Assembly: GCF_963921235.1 (NCBI RefSeq)
Contig: NC_086097.1
Span: 109,680,001 to 109,744,000, forward strand
Length of the DNA stretch: 64,000 bases
From: Mobula hypostoma
Lineage: Eukaryota
Direction of reading: 5' to 3'
This document shows positions 25,030 through 38,982 of this stretch, one piece after another; position 1 is the first letter of the stretch; each line of letters starts with the position of its first letter. The translations under genes and the position numbers were made by a program. The notes beneath the pieces are model-generated. The model saw only the letters and a list, made by a program, of their open reading frames with translations. It ran no database searches and was not told the DNA's origin.

Positions 25030-25735
25030 GTAGCCCCTGGTAAGCCTCAGGCTCGCTCAGCTCACTTTCGTCTAGGGGGAACAGCCTTCGGCCCTGCCAA
25101 ACTGGGTAATCAAGTTTGTGTGGATGTTGTGTGATGTACCCCACCCACAATACACCATATGTGATTAAATGATTACACTTTATAGATCTTACTGGAACTA
25201 TGTAATTAATACAGATAAAATATAAAAGGAAAAGTAAAAGGTGCCAAGTTTATCAAAGTTCAACCGCTTCGTGCACAACCGTTGGAGCTCAATTAACGGA
25301 GTCTTCTTTCCACCATTCAATCCCCTCCGACCTCCTCGACCCGCCGCCTGGGACCAACCATGGTGGTCGACCAGGCGCTCCACATGAGTCTGTCTTCGTT
25401 TCCTCTCCTTGCCGAAGGCCCTGGGCCTTGGACTCCTGCTCGGGGTCTGTTCCGTCAGCCAGTTTACAGCATCGCGTCTCTTCTCTTTGTCCCCATCGCG
25501 CCTCCTGCCTCAAAGCCCGCAAAAACAATAGCTTTCAAACACAAAGGAAAGAGTAACATCTATCCCTATTGGTTAGCAATTGAATACAATTCCCTTATCA
25601 GTAATTATAACCCAAACAAACTGCGAGAGAGAAGCACTTTCTCAGCAGTTAACATAACAAAGAAGCCATTTTTATTTTTAACATCTCAAAGAAGCCATTT
25701 TATTAGCAGTAACATAAAAGAAGAAATCCCTTACA
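25030..25735 (-). mobile_element. Probable solo LTR
   Basis: Minus-strand start TGTAAGGG; non-coding sequence lying between CR1 fragments; TSD not confirmed. Confidence 0.4.
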
Positions 25736-25739
25736 CAGT

Positions 25740-27460
25740 TAACCTTTGACAGAGTCTGGCATGAGAGGTTGGTCAAGAAGGTTAAATCGCTTGGTTTAAA
25801 CTTGGATGATGTATTAAACTGGATTAGAATTGGGCTTCAGGAGAAGTCAGAGAGTGGTAGTAGGTGGTTGCCTCTCTGACTGGAGGCCTGTGACTAGTGG
25901 TGTGCCACAGTGATTGGTGCTGGATCCATTGCTCTATGTTAATAATCTGGATGATAATGTAGTGAACTGGATCAGCAATTTTGTGGATGAAACAAAGATT
26001 GGGGGTGTAGTGGACAGTGAGAAAGGCTATCAAACCTTGCAGCAGGATCTGGACCTTCTGGGAAAATGAGCAGAAAAATAGCAGATGGAATTTAATGCAA
26101 ACTAGTGTGAGGTGTTGCACTTTCGGAGCACAAACCAGGGAAAGACTTACGTGGTAAATGGTAGAGCACTGTGGAGTGTGGTAGAACAGAGAGATCTGGA
26201 AATACAGGTCCATAATTCCTTGGAAGTGGTGTCACATGATAAAGAAAACTTTTGGCACATTGGCCTTTGTAAATCAACATACTGATTGCAGGACTTGGTA
26301 TGTTATGTTGAACTTGTATAAGACGTTAGTGAGGCCTATTCTGGGGTATTGTGTGCAGTTTTGGTCACCTACCTACAGAAAAGATGTAAATAAGATTGAA
26401 AGAGTGCAGAGAAAACTTACAAGAATGTTGCCAGGAGTTGAGCACCTGAGATATAGGGAAAGACTGAATAGGTTAGGACTTTATTCTCTGGAGGAGAGGT
26501 GGCCAGCCTTTTACATTCCATGCATCACTTTTCTCACGCATGAGTTCAGATGTGATTTTTTTCCACACATGAGTTCTATATTAACGTATTTTTACAAGAA
26601 TTGAATGGGGTACAAGAGTTGTATGGCGCATCTGAACTTGTGTGTGAAAAAATTGAGGCAGGGAATATAAAAGGTTGTCCATCTCTGCTCTAGAGTGTAA
26701 GAGAATGAGAGATTTGATAGAGATACACAAAATTATGAAGGGGATAGATGCGGTAAATGCAAGCAGATTTTTTACACTAAAGTTGGATGAGACTAGAACT
26801 AGAGGGTCATGGTTTAAGAGTGAAAGATGAAATAGTTAAGGGCAACATGAGGAGGAACATCATTCAGAGGGTGTTGAGAGTATGGAACAAGCTGCCAGTG
26901 AACGTGGCAGATGAAGCTCCTATTGAATTAGAATTTGAATTTATTTGAATTTGTATTTGAATTTATTTAAATCTTACATCCATCCCACAATGTGAGAGAG
27001 TAAAAATCTTCGTGTTATGACTCTGTCACAATGTACAGACACGTGAATTTATAAGTGTAATGTCTTGTAGAAAGAAGCTGTCCTGTAGCCTGTTTGTCCT
27101 GGTTTTAATGCTGCGGTACCATTTTCCAGGCAGAAGCAGCTGAAACAGTTTATGGTTGGGGTGACTGGTGTCCCTGATGATCTTCCAGGCCTTCTTTATG
27201 CACCTGCTGCTGTAAATGTCCTCAATGGAGGGAGGTTCATATCTACAGATGCACTGGGCTGTCCGTACCACTCTCTGCAGTGCCCAGCGATCATGTGTTC
27301 TATTTCAACATTTAAGAGTACTTGAATAGACACATTGATGGGAGGGGTATGGGGGGGTGCTATGATCCAGGTGCAGTCTGATGGGACTAGGCAGATTAAT
27401 AGTTTGGCACTAACTAGATGAGGCAAAGGTCTTGTTTCTGTGCTGTGCTGTTCCATGACT
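25740..27460 (+). mobile_element. CR1 RT and 3' end, interrupted by a hAT MITE and a Rex-like fragment (26930-27300, minus strand)
   Basis: LYKTLVRPILGYCVQFWSP in ORF 26236-26604; minus-strand HPNHKLFQLL..YRSIKTRTNRLQDSF. Confidence 0.8.
26494..26687. mobile_element. hAT (Charlie-like) MITE
   Basis: TIRs GAGAGGTGGCCAGCCTTTTA / TAAAAGGTTGTCCATCTCTG; 8-bp TSD CTCT(G/A)GAG (26486-26493 / 26688-26695). Confidence 0.85.
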
Positions 27461-27479
27461 CATTGATTCTACAACGGTA

Positions 27480-28300
27480 AAAGAGATGGTGTGGTGGGTA
27501 GTGAACAAACTTGTCCAAGGCTTCGCCAGTATCTAGATCAACAGTGGGCAAATGAAAGTCACATAGAGCTTAACTTGGAAATGGTGTGCTTACCTTCATC
27601 AGCTAAGTTATTGAGTATGACAGTTGGGATGTCATGTTGCAATTGTACAAATCATTGGTTAGGCCACACTCCGGGTACTGTGTGCAGTTCTGCTCGTCAT
27701 ACTTTTAAAAGGACATGATTAAAGTGGAGAGGGTGCAGATAAGATTCACAAGGATGAGGCTGGTATTGGAATGTTTGAGTTATAAGACCATAAAACCTTG
27801 GGCATAGGAGCAGAATTAGGCCATTCAGCCCATTAATTCTGCTTCATTGTTCCATCATGTTTGATTTATTATCTCTCTTGTCCTCATTCTCCTGCCTTCT
27901 CCCCTTAACCATTAACACCCTGACTAATCAAGAACCTATTGACCTCCACTTTAAATATCACCTGATGACTCAGCCTCCGCAGCTGTCTGTGGCAATGACT
28001 TCCATAGATTCACCACCCTCTGGCTAAAAAAAATTCCTCCTTATCTCTGTTCCAAATGGATTTCCATGTATTTTAAGAATGTGTCCTCTGGTCCTAGACT
28101 CTCCCACTACAGGAAGCATCCTCTCTACATCCACTCTATCTAGGCTTGTCGATATTCAATAGGCTTCAAAGACATCCTCCATCATTCTTCTGAACTCCAA
28201 TGATTACCTGCCCAGAACCACCAAATGCCCCTCATACATTACCCCTTTCATTCCCAGGATGATTCTTGTAAACCACCTCTGGACCCTCTCCAATGCCAAG
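27480..28300. mobile_element. Two CR1 fragments (plus 27480-27785, minus 27786-28300)
   Basis: RT C-terminal and 3' UTR motifs in opposite orientations. Confidence 0.7.
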
Positions 28301-28844
28301 GCAAGATGTGAAGGAATATGAGGCAAAAAGAACGAGATAAGGAAGGCATCTTGGATCACAAGGATCACCAGGCTGTACATCTGCATCAGCCTTGTTATCA
28401 AAACATCCCAATCATGGTACTCATCCAAGCCAACCAACACACAACATGGATGCACAGAGCAAGCCTTGATCATTACTTCCTATTCTTTAAGACAAGTTTT
28501 GCAGCATTTGAAGTTGGAGCTTCCTGTGACACAAAGCATAATAATAAAGTTTACTTTTGATAATAAAATTTCCTCCTCCTCGTCCCCTCCCTCAAATGAC
28601 ACCGCTTGGTTCACTTGTTATATATTCCTGCATTCTGTGGAGATGGAAACGGAGTAACTTATTCTAATTCCCTGAAAAGACACAGCAAAAGGTACTTGTA
28701 AGCTGCTGCAAAAATACTTTAATAGTGATACTAAATCATAAACAATGCTCAGATCAAAGGAGAGGTCGCAATGACACCAAATGTCAGTGAACTTACCGGA
28801 ATGTGAAAATCACAGCAACTCTTTAAGTGGCTTTGGGTTCATCG

Positions 28845-29690
28845 CAGATGCAAGAGATTCTTTTAGTGCTCGAAATCTTAAGCAGCACACACAAATGTTG
28901 CAGGAACTTAGCAAGTCAGGCAGCACTGATGGAGTGAAAGAAACAGTCAAAGTTTCAAGCCAAGATCATTAGAACTGGGAAGGAAGAGGGCAGAAGGCAG
29001 GATAAAAAGACTGTGGGAGAAGGAGTATAATTTGGTAGGAAACAGGTGAGTTCAGGTGAGAGGGGGAAGGTAGGTGGGGGATGTGAGATGAAAGGGAGAA
29101 GCTAGAAGATGATAGATGGAAGAGGCAAAGGGCTGAAGAAGAAAGAATCTGATAAGAAAGCACAATGGACCATGGAATAAAAGGGAGGAGGTAGGGAATT
29201 AGAAGAGGGTGACAGGCAGATTTTGAGGATGGGAGAATAACATTGACTACATCTAGTGCTCCAGTGTTGCTTCCTCTGCTTCAGTGAGAGCCCACGCAGA
29301 CTGGGGGATCATTTCACTGAGCACCTTTGCTCCATCCACTGCAAAGTCAGCATCTCCCAGTGGCTATGCATTTCCATTCCCACATTGACATGGCTATCCA
29401 CGGCTTCCCCTGCTGCCACAATGAGGCCACAAGCAGAGTGGAGGAGCAACAACTCATATTCCATCTGGGTAGTCTCCAACCTGAGGGCATTAATATTGCC
29501 TCCTCTAGCTTCTAGTGACCACTCCACTCTGTTTTCATATTCACCCCCACCACCTTGGTTTTCCCTCATTCTGGTGACCCTCTCACCCCTTCTCTTTTTT
29601 CACACTTTGCCCTTACAACCTGCTCATCACCTCCCTTTGGTTCCCACCTCCTTCCCTTTGTTCCCTGGTCTAGTTTCCAAGAGGTTTCAC
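28845..29690. mobile_element. Inverted pair of old PLE 3' fragments
   Basis: Minus-strand 3' UTR at 28845-29215; plus-strand GIY-YIG remnant (RLGDHFTEHL, EEQQLIFHLGSLQP) at 29250-29520. Confidence 0.7.
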
Positions 29691-29804
29691 CTCCCTTGTG
29701 GACTCTCTTCTGTTCTTACTTATATTGTAATCATTTCATTTGCATCTTTTTGGAAATTTGACCTTTGAAGGCAGTAGAATGTGAGGTGAGGGTGCAGGGT
29801 GGTG

Positions 29805-30690
29805 TTGGAATCAGAATCAGAATCAGATGTAATATCACTGGCAAATGTTGCAATACAATGCAATACATAATAAATAAACGATAAATTACAATAAATAAAA
29901 ATAAAAATAAATTGAATAAGTAATGCAAAAATAGAGGGGGAAAATACCAAGGTAGCGTTCTTGAGTTCATTGTCCATTCAGTAATCTGATGGCAGAGGGG
30001 TAAAAGCTGTGCCTGAAACATTGAGTGTGCACCTTCAGACTCCTGCACCTCTTCCTTGATGGTAGAAATGAGAAGAGGGCTTGCCTTGGGTGATTGTGAT
30101 CCCTAATGATGGATGCCAAATTTTTGAGGCATTGCCTTTTGAAGATGCCCTCAATGCTGGAGATACTGGTGCCCATGTCAGAGCTGGTTGAGTTCATAAT
30201 TTTCTGCAGCATTTTCTGATCCCTTGCAGTGGTCCCTCCATACCAGACAGTAATGCTACCAGTTAGAATGCCTCCACAGTACACCTGTGGAAATTTGCGA
30301 GAGTCTTTGGTGATGTTCTAAGTATCCTCAAGCTCCGAATGCAATTTCGCCTTTGTCAAGCCCTTTTTTTGTAATTTCATCAATATGTTGAGCCCAGGAT
30401 AGATCTGCAGAGATTTTATCACCCAGGAACTTGAAGCTGCTGATCCCCTCAAAAAGGACTGGTGTGTGTTCCCTCAACTTGCCCTTGCTGAAATCCACAA
30501 TCAATTTCTTGGTGATACTGACGTTGAATACAAGGTTGTTTTTGCAACAGGGCTCAACCAGCTGATCTATCTTGCTCCTGTATGCCTCCTTGCCACCATC
30601 TGTAATTCTGCCAGTGATAGTTGTGTTATCGGCAAATCTAAGGATGCAGTTTGAGCTGTGCCTAGCTGCACGGTCAGGGGAAGAGTGTGC
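29805..30690 (-). mobile_element. Rex1/Babar-like LINE 3' part
   Basis: RFADNTTI, HPRQALFSFLPS..FRHSFYPSAIRLLN; (GATTCT)n tail. Confidence 0.8.
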
Positions 30691-30700
30691 TTGTACTGGA

Positions 30701-31472
30701 AACAACAGGAATTCTGCAGATGCTGGAAATTCAAGCGACACATAAAAATTGCTGGTGAACGCAGCAGGCCAGGCAGCATCTCTAGGAAGAGGTACAGTTG
30801 ACGTTTCAGGCCGAGACCCTTCATCAGGACTAACTGAAGGAAGAGTGAGTAAGGGATTTGAAAGTTGGAGGGGGAGGGGGAGATCCAAAATGATAGGAGA
30901 AGACAGGAGGGGGAGGGATGGAGCCAAGAGCTGGACAGGTGATAGGCAAAAGGGATACGAGAGGATCATGGGACAGGAGGTCCGGGAAGAAAGACAAGGG
31001 GGGGGGTGACCCAGAGGATGGGCAACAGGTGTATTCAGAGGGACAGAGGGAGAAAAAGGAGAGTGAGAGAAAGAATGTGTGTATAAAAATATGTAACAGA
31101 TGGGGTACGAGAGGGAGGTGGGGCAGGTGTTGTTCCTCCAACCTGAGTGTGGCTTCATCTTTACAGTAGAGGAGACGGTGGATAGACATGTCAGAATGGG
31201 AATGGGATGTGGAATTAAAATGCGTGGCCACTGGGAGATCCTGCTTTCTCTGGCGGACAGAGCGTAGATGTTCAGCAAAGCGGTCTCCCAGTCTGCGTCA
31301 GGTCTCGCCAATATATAAAAGGCCACATCGGGAGCACTGGACGCAGTATATCACCCCAGTCGACTCACAGGTGAAGTGTTGCCTCACCTGGAAGGACTGT
31401 TTGGGGCCCTGAATAGTGGTAAGGGAGGAAGTGTAAGGGCATGTGTCGCACTTGTTCCGCTTACACGGATAA
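30701..31472 (-). mobile_element. Young 5'-truncated Penelope-like element
   Basis: 13-bp TSD TGCTTGTACTGGA (30688-30700 / 31473-31485); near-identical to 53407-54245 apart from a ~60-bp deletion at the ORF end. Confidence 0.92.
30796..30831 (-). ncRNA. Minimal hammerhead ribozyme motif
   Basis: AGTC-CTGATGA-A-GGGTC-TC-GGCCT-GAAA-CGTC-AACT; one stem I mismatch. Confidence 0.65.
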
Positions 31473-32831
31473 TGCTTGTACTGGAGTTGTGTGTGCTGTA
31501 AGTGTGCATGTTTGTGTGTGCTAGTGTGAAAAAGGAGAATTCTGTTGTTCTGGAGCTCAGCTCGATATATCTATTGAAATCATAGAATTTCTTGCACCAC
31601 TGTGCTCTGCTATTTTACAGGTGTGCCAAATGGACATTAGCACTGAACGCAATGATAGTTTAGCATACCAAAACAAGGGTGAAATCTAATTTTGAGGGCA
31701 AGATGCCTAGAGCATGCTGTCTAGCATTAAATCATTTCAGTATTGAGATATTTATTAAACAAAGGATCATCTGGAGACTTGTAACAAAGGAAAATGAAAT
31801 TATCAGGAGTCATGAAGACTGCATACTTACTGAAAGCTTTCCTTCTTTTTAATCCCATCGGTTCATTGAGCATCATTATGATTAGTAGCGTACATTAGCC
31901 TATTGTGGAGAATCAGTGTTTTTATGCTTCTTTTTATTTAAAATATCTGTACAGGCATCAGTAACACAGGTGGCACATTTTGCTGAGTGCCTCCTGTGAA
32001 ACTCCCTTATCAATAAATTTGCCCAAAAAAATCACATTGACAGCTGTTTTCATTAAGCAATTTATTAGTGACATATAAAATTGCTGCTATTAGTATTCGT
32101 TTCAGCAACCAAGTGCTCAGAGCACTTAGGAATTCTTTCAGGATTTGGTCAATATATCATCTCTAAATCAATCATAGTTTTGTGTACCAGACAGTATTGT
32201 TCCTCTTGCTCATTTTGTACTGGAATTTCTTTCCGCTAATGGAGTGCTTTTGAAAATACTCAGCAAAGGCAAAATGCATAATCCTGCAAGCTGATTATTG
32301 CTGTTTTTAGACAATTGCAGAATATCGTCATCACTGACAATACTCGCATTTATTGTCTGTCCCTCATGGCTAATAAATTGAGCAGGCAGTTAAGAGTCAA
32401 CTACATTGGTGGATTCAGTGAGGTCAGACATGGTTCAGATAGAAAATTCTCTTCCTTTAAGTATACTGGTAAACCAAGTGAGATTTTATAACAATCCAGT
32501 GATTTGTTGGTCACTATTCCTGCTAGTTGATTTTAGATCTAGATTAATGAGATATATTTAAATATCCATTGATGTGAGAGGATATAGCTCTGTGTTCACT
32601 CCTTGTGCTACATTCAGAGCACTGACTGGTGCCACCTGTCCATACTTACTTAGTCACCTGCTAATCGCATGTACCACCTGGACCCTACAGCCAGATGGTG
32701 AAGTTTCAGCAGCGACTTGCCCTGATGCAAGGTGGTGTCGAGGGCATATCATTGGAATGCCCTGACAGTATTTCACTGAAGGCAAAGCCATGGTGGAGCT
32801 CACTTCATTAAAAACAATTATAACATTTTGA

Positions 32832-33048
32832 ACACTAGAAATTCTGCAGATGCTGGAAATCTAAAGCACACAAAATGCTGGAGGAACTCAGCAGGTTAGG
32901 CAGCGTCTATGGAATTGAGTAAACATTGACAATTTGGGCTGAGCGCTTCCTCGGGACTGGAGAAGGGTCTCGGCCCAAAACGTTGACTGTTTCTTCAATT
33001 CCATAGATGCTGCCTAACCAGCTGAGTTCCTCCAGTATTTTGTGTGTT
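32832..33048. mobile_element. Fold-back PLE-derived element
   Basis: Arm CACACAAAATGCTGGAGGAACTCAGC..TATGGAATTG and its reverse complement; partial hammerhead AAGGGTCTCGGCCCAAAACGTTGAC. Confidence 0.8.
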
Positions 33049-33339
33049 TTACGATAAGATTTTGAAAAGGATTTATAACATCCAAAAATAATTTTTAAAT
33101 TAATCCAGCGTGATTTTCAATGTTAACCTGAAAAAGTAACAGCTTCTCTGTCCATGGACACTGGATGCTCACAACATTTTCTGCTTTCACCTCTGTTACT
33201 ATTCTTCACTAAACAAACAAAGGCAGCATAATAAGGTTTATGGAGCCAACTAAAACATAAACAGTACTGCCTGGGACACATCTGACATATTGTCGCTCAG
33301 GATGCATTTGGTTGTGTCACCTCACATGTTGTTTCATGG

Positions 33340-35430
33340 ACCACTTTAAGGTTTGGACAACTACAATTGTTGAGGCAGGGTGAATAACCCCAATGACTCT
33401 GACCTGGTAGCACTTGCACCTTCAAGGCGAAGTGCTTTGAGAGGGTGGTCATGGCTAGAATTAATCCTGCCTGAGCAAGGACCTGGATCCATGCCAATTT
33501 GCTTACTGCCACAACAGGTCTACAATGCTTTTGCACGATTTTTAATCTATTCAATATATGTACACTGCAATTGATTTACTTATTTATTTATTATTATTTT
33601 GTTTTATTTTCTTCTTCTATATTACTGTATGTATTGCATTGAACTGCTGCTGCTAAGTTAACAAATTTCACGACACACGCCAGTGATTATAAACCTGATT
33701 CTGATTCTGAGTGCAGTCTCACTGGCCCTCTGCTTGAACTTGATCCCCCTGACAGGAGCAATACCTATGTAGGGATGCTGCACATTGATTGCACCTCAGC
33801 ATTCAACATTATCACCACTCAGTACTAATCAACAAGCTTCAAAACCGGATCTTCTGTACCTCCCTCCGCAACTTGATCCTTGACTTCCTCAGCGGGAGAC
33901 CACAGTCTGTATGGATCAGTAATAACATCTCCTCCTTGCTGACAATCAACACCAACACACCTCAAGGACGTGTGAGTCCACTGATCTACTTTCTACACTC
34001 ATGACTTTGTGATTAGGTACAGGTCAAATCCCATCTATAAATTCCCTGATGTCACCACTGTTGTCTTTGTATTTTAAGGTGTTGGTGATGGAACATTTCA
34101 ACTCCTGCCTGAGAAGTGACTTGGATCCACTCTGATTTGCCCACAGCACAGCAGATGCCATTTCATTGGCTCTTCACTCAACCCTGGAACATCTGGATAG
34201 CAGAGGTGCAAACATCAGGATGCTCTTCATAGACTACAGCTTGGTATTCAATGCTATCATCCCCTCAAAACTAATCAATAAGCTTCAAAACCTTGGCCTC
34301 AATACACCTTTGCATAATTGGGTCCTTGATTTCCTCATTTGTAGACTTCAGTCAGTTCAAATTGGCGACAACAACTCCTTCACGATCACCATCAGCACAG
34401 GTGCACCACAAGGCTGTGTGCTTAGCCCCTGCTCTACTCGCTTTAAACATATGACTATGTGGCTAAGCATGACTCCAATGTCTGACCACTGTCATAGACC
34501 AAATCAAAGGTGATGATGAATCAGCACATAGGAGGGAGATTGAGAATCTGTCTGAGTGGTGCCACAACAACAGCCTCTTACTCACTGTCAGCAAGACTAG
34601 GGAGCTGATTGTTGACCTCATGAAGAGGAGACCATAGGTACATGAGCCAGTTCTAATCGGACGATCAGAGGTGGAGAGGGTCAGCAGCTTTAAATTCCCT
34701 GGTGTTATCATTTCAGAGGACCTGGCCTGAGGCCAGCATGTACGTGCAATTTTGAAGAAAGCATGGCAGTGCCTCTACTTTCTTATGAGTTTCCAAACAT
34801 TCGGCATGACATTTAAAACTTCGACAAACTTCTATAGATATGTGGTGGAGAGTATATTGATTGGCTGCATCACAGCCAAGTATGGAAACACCAATACTCT
34901 TAAATGGAAAATCCTACAAAAAGAAGTGGATATGGCCCAGTCCATCATGGATAAAGCCCTCCCTGCTATTGAGCTCATCTATACAGAGCAGGAAATCAGC
35001 ATCCATCATCAGGGACGCCCACCACCTAGGACATGCTCTCTTCTCACTGTTGCCGTCAGGAAGAAGGTACAAGTGCCTGAGGACTCACACCACCAAATAC
35101 AGGAACAATTATTACCCCTGAACCATCAGGATCTTGAACCAAAGGGGATAGTCTCATTCAATCTCATTGTCCTATCACTGAAAAGTTCCCACAATCTAAG
35201 GACTCACTTTCAAGGACAATTCATCTCGTATTCTTGATACTTATTGCTTGTATTTATTATTATTACTTATTTTATTTGTATTTGCACATTCAGTGTTCTC
35301 AATGTTGGTGCAGCCTTTCATTGATTCTATAATGGTTATTGGACTTATTGAGTATGCTCACGAGAAAATGAACCTCAGAATTTTACATGCTGCTGTATAT
35401 GTGCTTTGATAATGAATACACTTTGAACTT
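33340..35430 (+). mobile_element. Cluster of Rex1/Babar-like LINE fragments
   Basis: [52 protein letters not shown]. Confidence 0.8.
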
Positions 35431-35499
35431 CTGGACTTTGTTGTCAGATTTTTAGATGGCGACGAGAGGCATATGGGAGTATGCTAGTGTTTGGATCCT

Positions 35500-36930
35500 C
35501 AATCCACTCTTTAAGAAGGGAGGAAGGAAAAAGAAAGGAAATTATAGGCCAGTTAGCCTAACCTCAGTGGTTGGGAAAGTGTTGGAGTCTATTATTAAGG
35601 ATGAGGCTTTGAGGTACTTGGAGACTAATGATAAAATAAATCAAAGTCAGCATGGTTTCTGTAAAGCGAAATCTTGTCTGACAAACCTGTTAGAGTTCTT
35701 CAAGGAAGTAACAAACAGAGTGGACAAAGGAGAGGCAGTGGATGTCATTTACTTGGGTTTTCAGAAGGCATTTGATAAGGTGCCACACTTGAAGCTGCTT
35801 AACAAGATCAAATTCTGTGACGTTACAGGAAAGCTACTGGCATGGATGGTGGAATGGCTGACAGGCAGGAGGCAGCAAGTGGAAATAAATGGGGCTTTTT
35901 CTGGTTGGCTGCCAGTGTCTAGTAGTGCTCCTCAGGGGTCAGTATTGGGATCTCTGCTTTTCGCATTGTTTGTTGATGATTTAGATCATGGAATTGTTGG
36001 CTTTGATGCAAAGCTTATGGATGATATGAAGATAGGTGGTGGGGTTGGTAGTGCTGAGGAAGCAATGCGACTGCAGCAGGACTTAGATAAATTGGAAGAA
36101 TGGGCAAAAAAGTGGCAGATGGAATACAGTGTTTCAAAATGTACAATAATGCATTTTGGTTAAAGGATCACCAATGCGGATGATTATCTAAATGGGAGAA
36201 CGTTTAAACAACAGAGGTGCAGAGGGACTTACAGAGTCCTTGTGCAAGACTCCCAGAAGATTAATTTACAGATTGAGTCCATCTTAAAGAAAACAAATGC
36301 AATATTGGCATTTATTTCAAGGAGAATAGAATATCAAGTCAAGGAGTTAATGCTGAGCCTTAATAAGACAGTAGTCAGGCCGCACTTGGAGCATTGTCAA
36401 CAGTTTTGGGCCTCATATCTCAGAAAGGATGTATTGTCATTGGAGTGAGTCCAGAGGAGGTTTACAAGGATGATTCTGGGAATGAAGAGGTTAACATATG
36501 AGGTGCGTTTGGCAGCTTTGGGCCTGTGCTCACTGGAATTTAGAAGAATGCGTGGGGATCTCATTGAAATCTACCAAATTTTGAAAGGTCTAGATAGGGT
36601 GGATGTGGAGAGGATATTTCCTCTGGTGGGGGTATCAAGAACTAAAGGACACAGCCTCAAAATTAAGTGGCAACCTTTTAGAACAGAGGTAAGGAGGAAT
36701 TTTTTTAGCCAGAGAATAGTGAACCTGTGGAATGCTTTGTCACAGACTGCAGTGGGGGCTAAATCCATGCGTATATTTAAGGTGGAAGTTGATAGTTTCC
36801 TGATTGGTCAGGGCATCAAGGATAAGGTGAGAAGGCAGGTGTCTGGGGCTGAGTGGGATCCGGGATCAGCCATGATGGAATGGCAGATCAGACATGATGG
36901 GCTGAATGGCCTAATTCTGTGCTTATGTAT
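35500..36930 (+). mobile_element. CR1 LINE RT and 3' end (decayed)
   Basis: ORF 35456-36163 contains [19 protein letters not shown] and PQGSVLG. Confidence 0.9.
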
Positions 36931-36934
36931 TATG

Positions 36935-38150
36935 AGTTGTGTTGCAACAGCAACTTTACACTCAAGGTCAGCAAGACCAGGGAATTGATTATGGACTTGA
37001 GGAAGGAGAAGTTGGGAGAACACACATCTTTCCTCATCGAAGGGTCAGCAGAGGAAAGGGTGAGCAACTATAAGCTCCTGAGATCAACATCTGAATGCAT
37101 CTATCCTGGACCCAACATATTGATGCAATCACAGAGAAGGCGTGGCAGCAACTATATTTCATTAGGAGTTTGGAGATACTTGGTATGTCACCAAGGACTC
37201 TGGCAAATTTCCACAGATATACCATGGAGAGCATTCTGATTAGATGCACTCCGACTGGTTGCATCCATTGGTAGGAGCCTCTAAATTCAGGATCAAAAGA
37301 GGCTGCAGAGGGTTATATCCAGCTCCAGCAGGGGCAGAAGCCTCCCCACCTCAAGGACATTTCAAAAGGTGGCTCCTCAAGAAGGCAGCATCCATCATTA
37401 AGGAGCCTCACTGTGACAGAGAGTGCTCAGTAAATGCACTCCATACACACACACACACACACACACACACATACCCAACCATTACCATTGCCTTGTCTTT
37501 CTGCTGTTGTTATACTGGGAGTATGCCCTTCATTGTCTTCCCCTGGTTCATTGTAATAATGGATCCTAAAGGGTTGGTTGGTTTTACGGTGCTTTTCCCA
37601 CCATACATGGTGAAATATTCATTTCTCTAGTAATGGGGATGTGTAAATGTGTATATATTGTTTGAGTACTGTACTTAAGATAGATACTTCTGTTTATTTT
37701 GTTATATGATTGTAACTACATTATGAGGTGCATCATATGTGTATCCATATGTAGTCTTAAGTTATCTTTGTGGGTAGTTAAAGATGGTCTGTCCTGTTGC
37801 CTAATAAACTGGGCAATTGCTCTTGGTAGCAGGGAGAGAGAACCACCCTGGATATGGTATGGAGCTACTTATTGTGTTTTCTGGCAGATATCGTGACACT
37901 CACCACCCAGGGCATGCCCACTTCTGATTATTACCATCAGTGAGGAGGGACAGGAGCCTGAAGATGCACATTCAATCTTTTAGAACAGCTTCTTCTCCAC
38001 TATCAGATTTCTGCACAGTCCACTATCTCGCTAGTTTGCTCTCTTTATTTATGCTATTTCTTATTGTATCTCAGTTGGAATTTTTATGTCATGCACTGTA
38101 CTGCTGCCACAAAACATCATAAGTCAGTGATAATAAACCTAATTCTGATA
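36935..38150 (+). mobile_element. Rex1/Babar-like 3' fragment split by a solo LTR
   Basis: KVSKTRELIMDLRK; ASIIKEPH|HPGHA is continuous across the LTR. Confidence 0.75.
37412..37898 (+). mobile_element. Solo LTR (487 bp)
   Basis: TG...CA ends; 5-bp TSD CTCAC (37407-37411 / 37899-37903); AATAAA at 37803; internal (CA)n. Confidence 0.85.
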
Positions 38151-38982
38151 CAATTTACAGGAAACTCTCACTTCTTGTTGAAATTCTCTTAAGCAATGGG
38201 CAAGGTTCCTATTTATATGCCTGAATCATCGAAAGTTTGTCCAAGCTATCCTGCCAATTCATTGGCAGGCAGACATTGTGGGGAGCCATGATGCTGGCAG
38301 TTCAAGGATTCCCTTTTGGGTCTGTGGAAAGCTACCAAAACCCCCACCAAGCTCCAATATCTTGTCACCAAGCTTTCTCATCCAATTAAGGTTGCAGTAT
38401 GTTTAAGAAATCACAAGGAACATAGGAATACTAAGACAAAAAAATGTTGGAGTAGGTCATACTTCTGAGCCAGACTGTCCCATCAGTCAATATGATCACT
38501 GCCACCTACTTTTCAGTGCCCAAAAGGCTACAGTGTCAGCCATGAATTCAACACTCATGACTGGGGAAGTCCAGAGATTAGCACCCTCTATATGAAGAAA
38601 TTTCTTCTGTTCAGCAACTTAACCTGTGATTTTGTGCTCACGGTGGAGAGAGAAAACAACATTTTGATATTAACTTTATGGAGTTCCTCAGAACATCTTA
38701 TGTCCAATTGTCATTTCTCTAAACTCCAGTGAGTATAATTCAATTTTACTCACCATCTCTTCATTTCTCTAAATCACCTATATTTTTCATTATGTGGTTG
38801 GTTGTTCATCATATCTGATGATGACAGTTAGATTTTTTGCAGTTCTACTTTTCGAACTACACAAAGGAAACTTTACAGAAGTGTTTTTAAAGTAGAAAAG
38901 CCATTGCACAGGGCAGTTCCATCTCTTGACAGACTTCAGAAGTCAGGGATCGTGGTATGAGTAATTGTTACCACTGGAGTCA

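Noticed and set aside
28555..28671. Minus-strand exon candidate with plausible splice sites
   Set aside because: Stops in all three frames from either good acceptor. Candidates near 41958-42020, 44215-44302 and 47850-47962 also could not be linked into a gene.
30328..31326. 332-aa ORF as a novel chimeric protein
   Set aside because: Chance read-through from a PLE 3' UTR into a decayed Rex-like RT.
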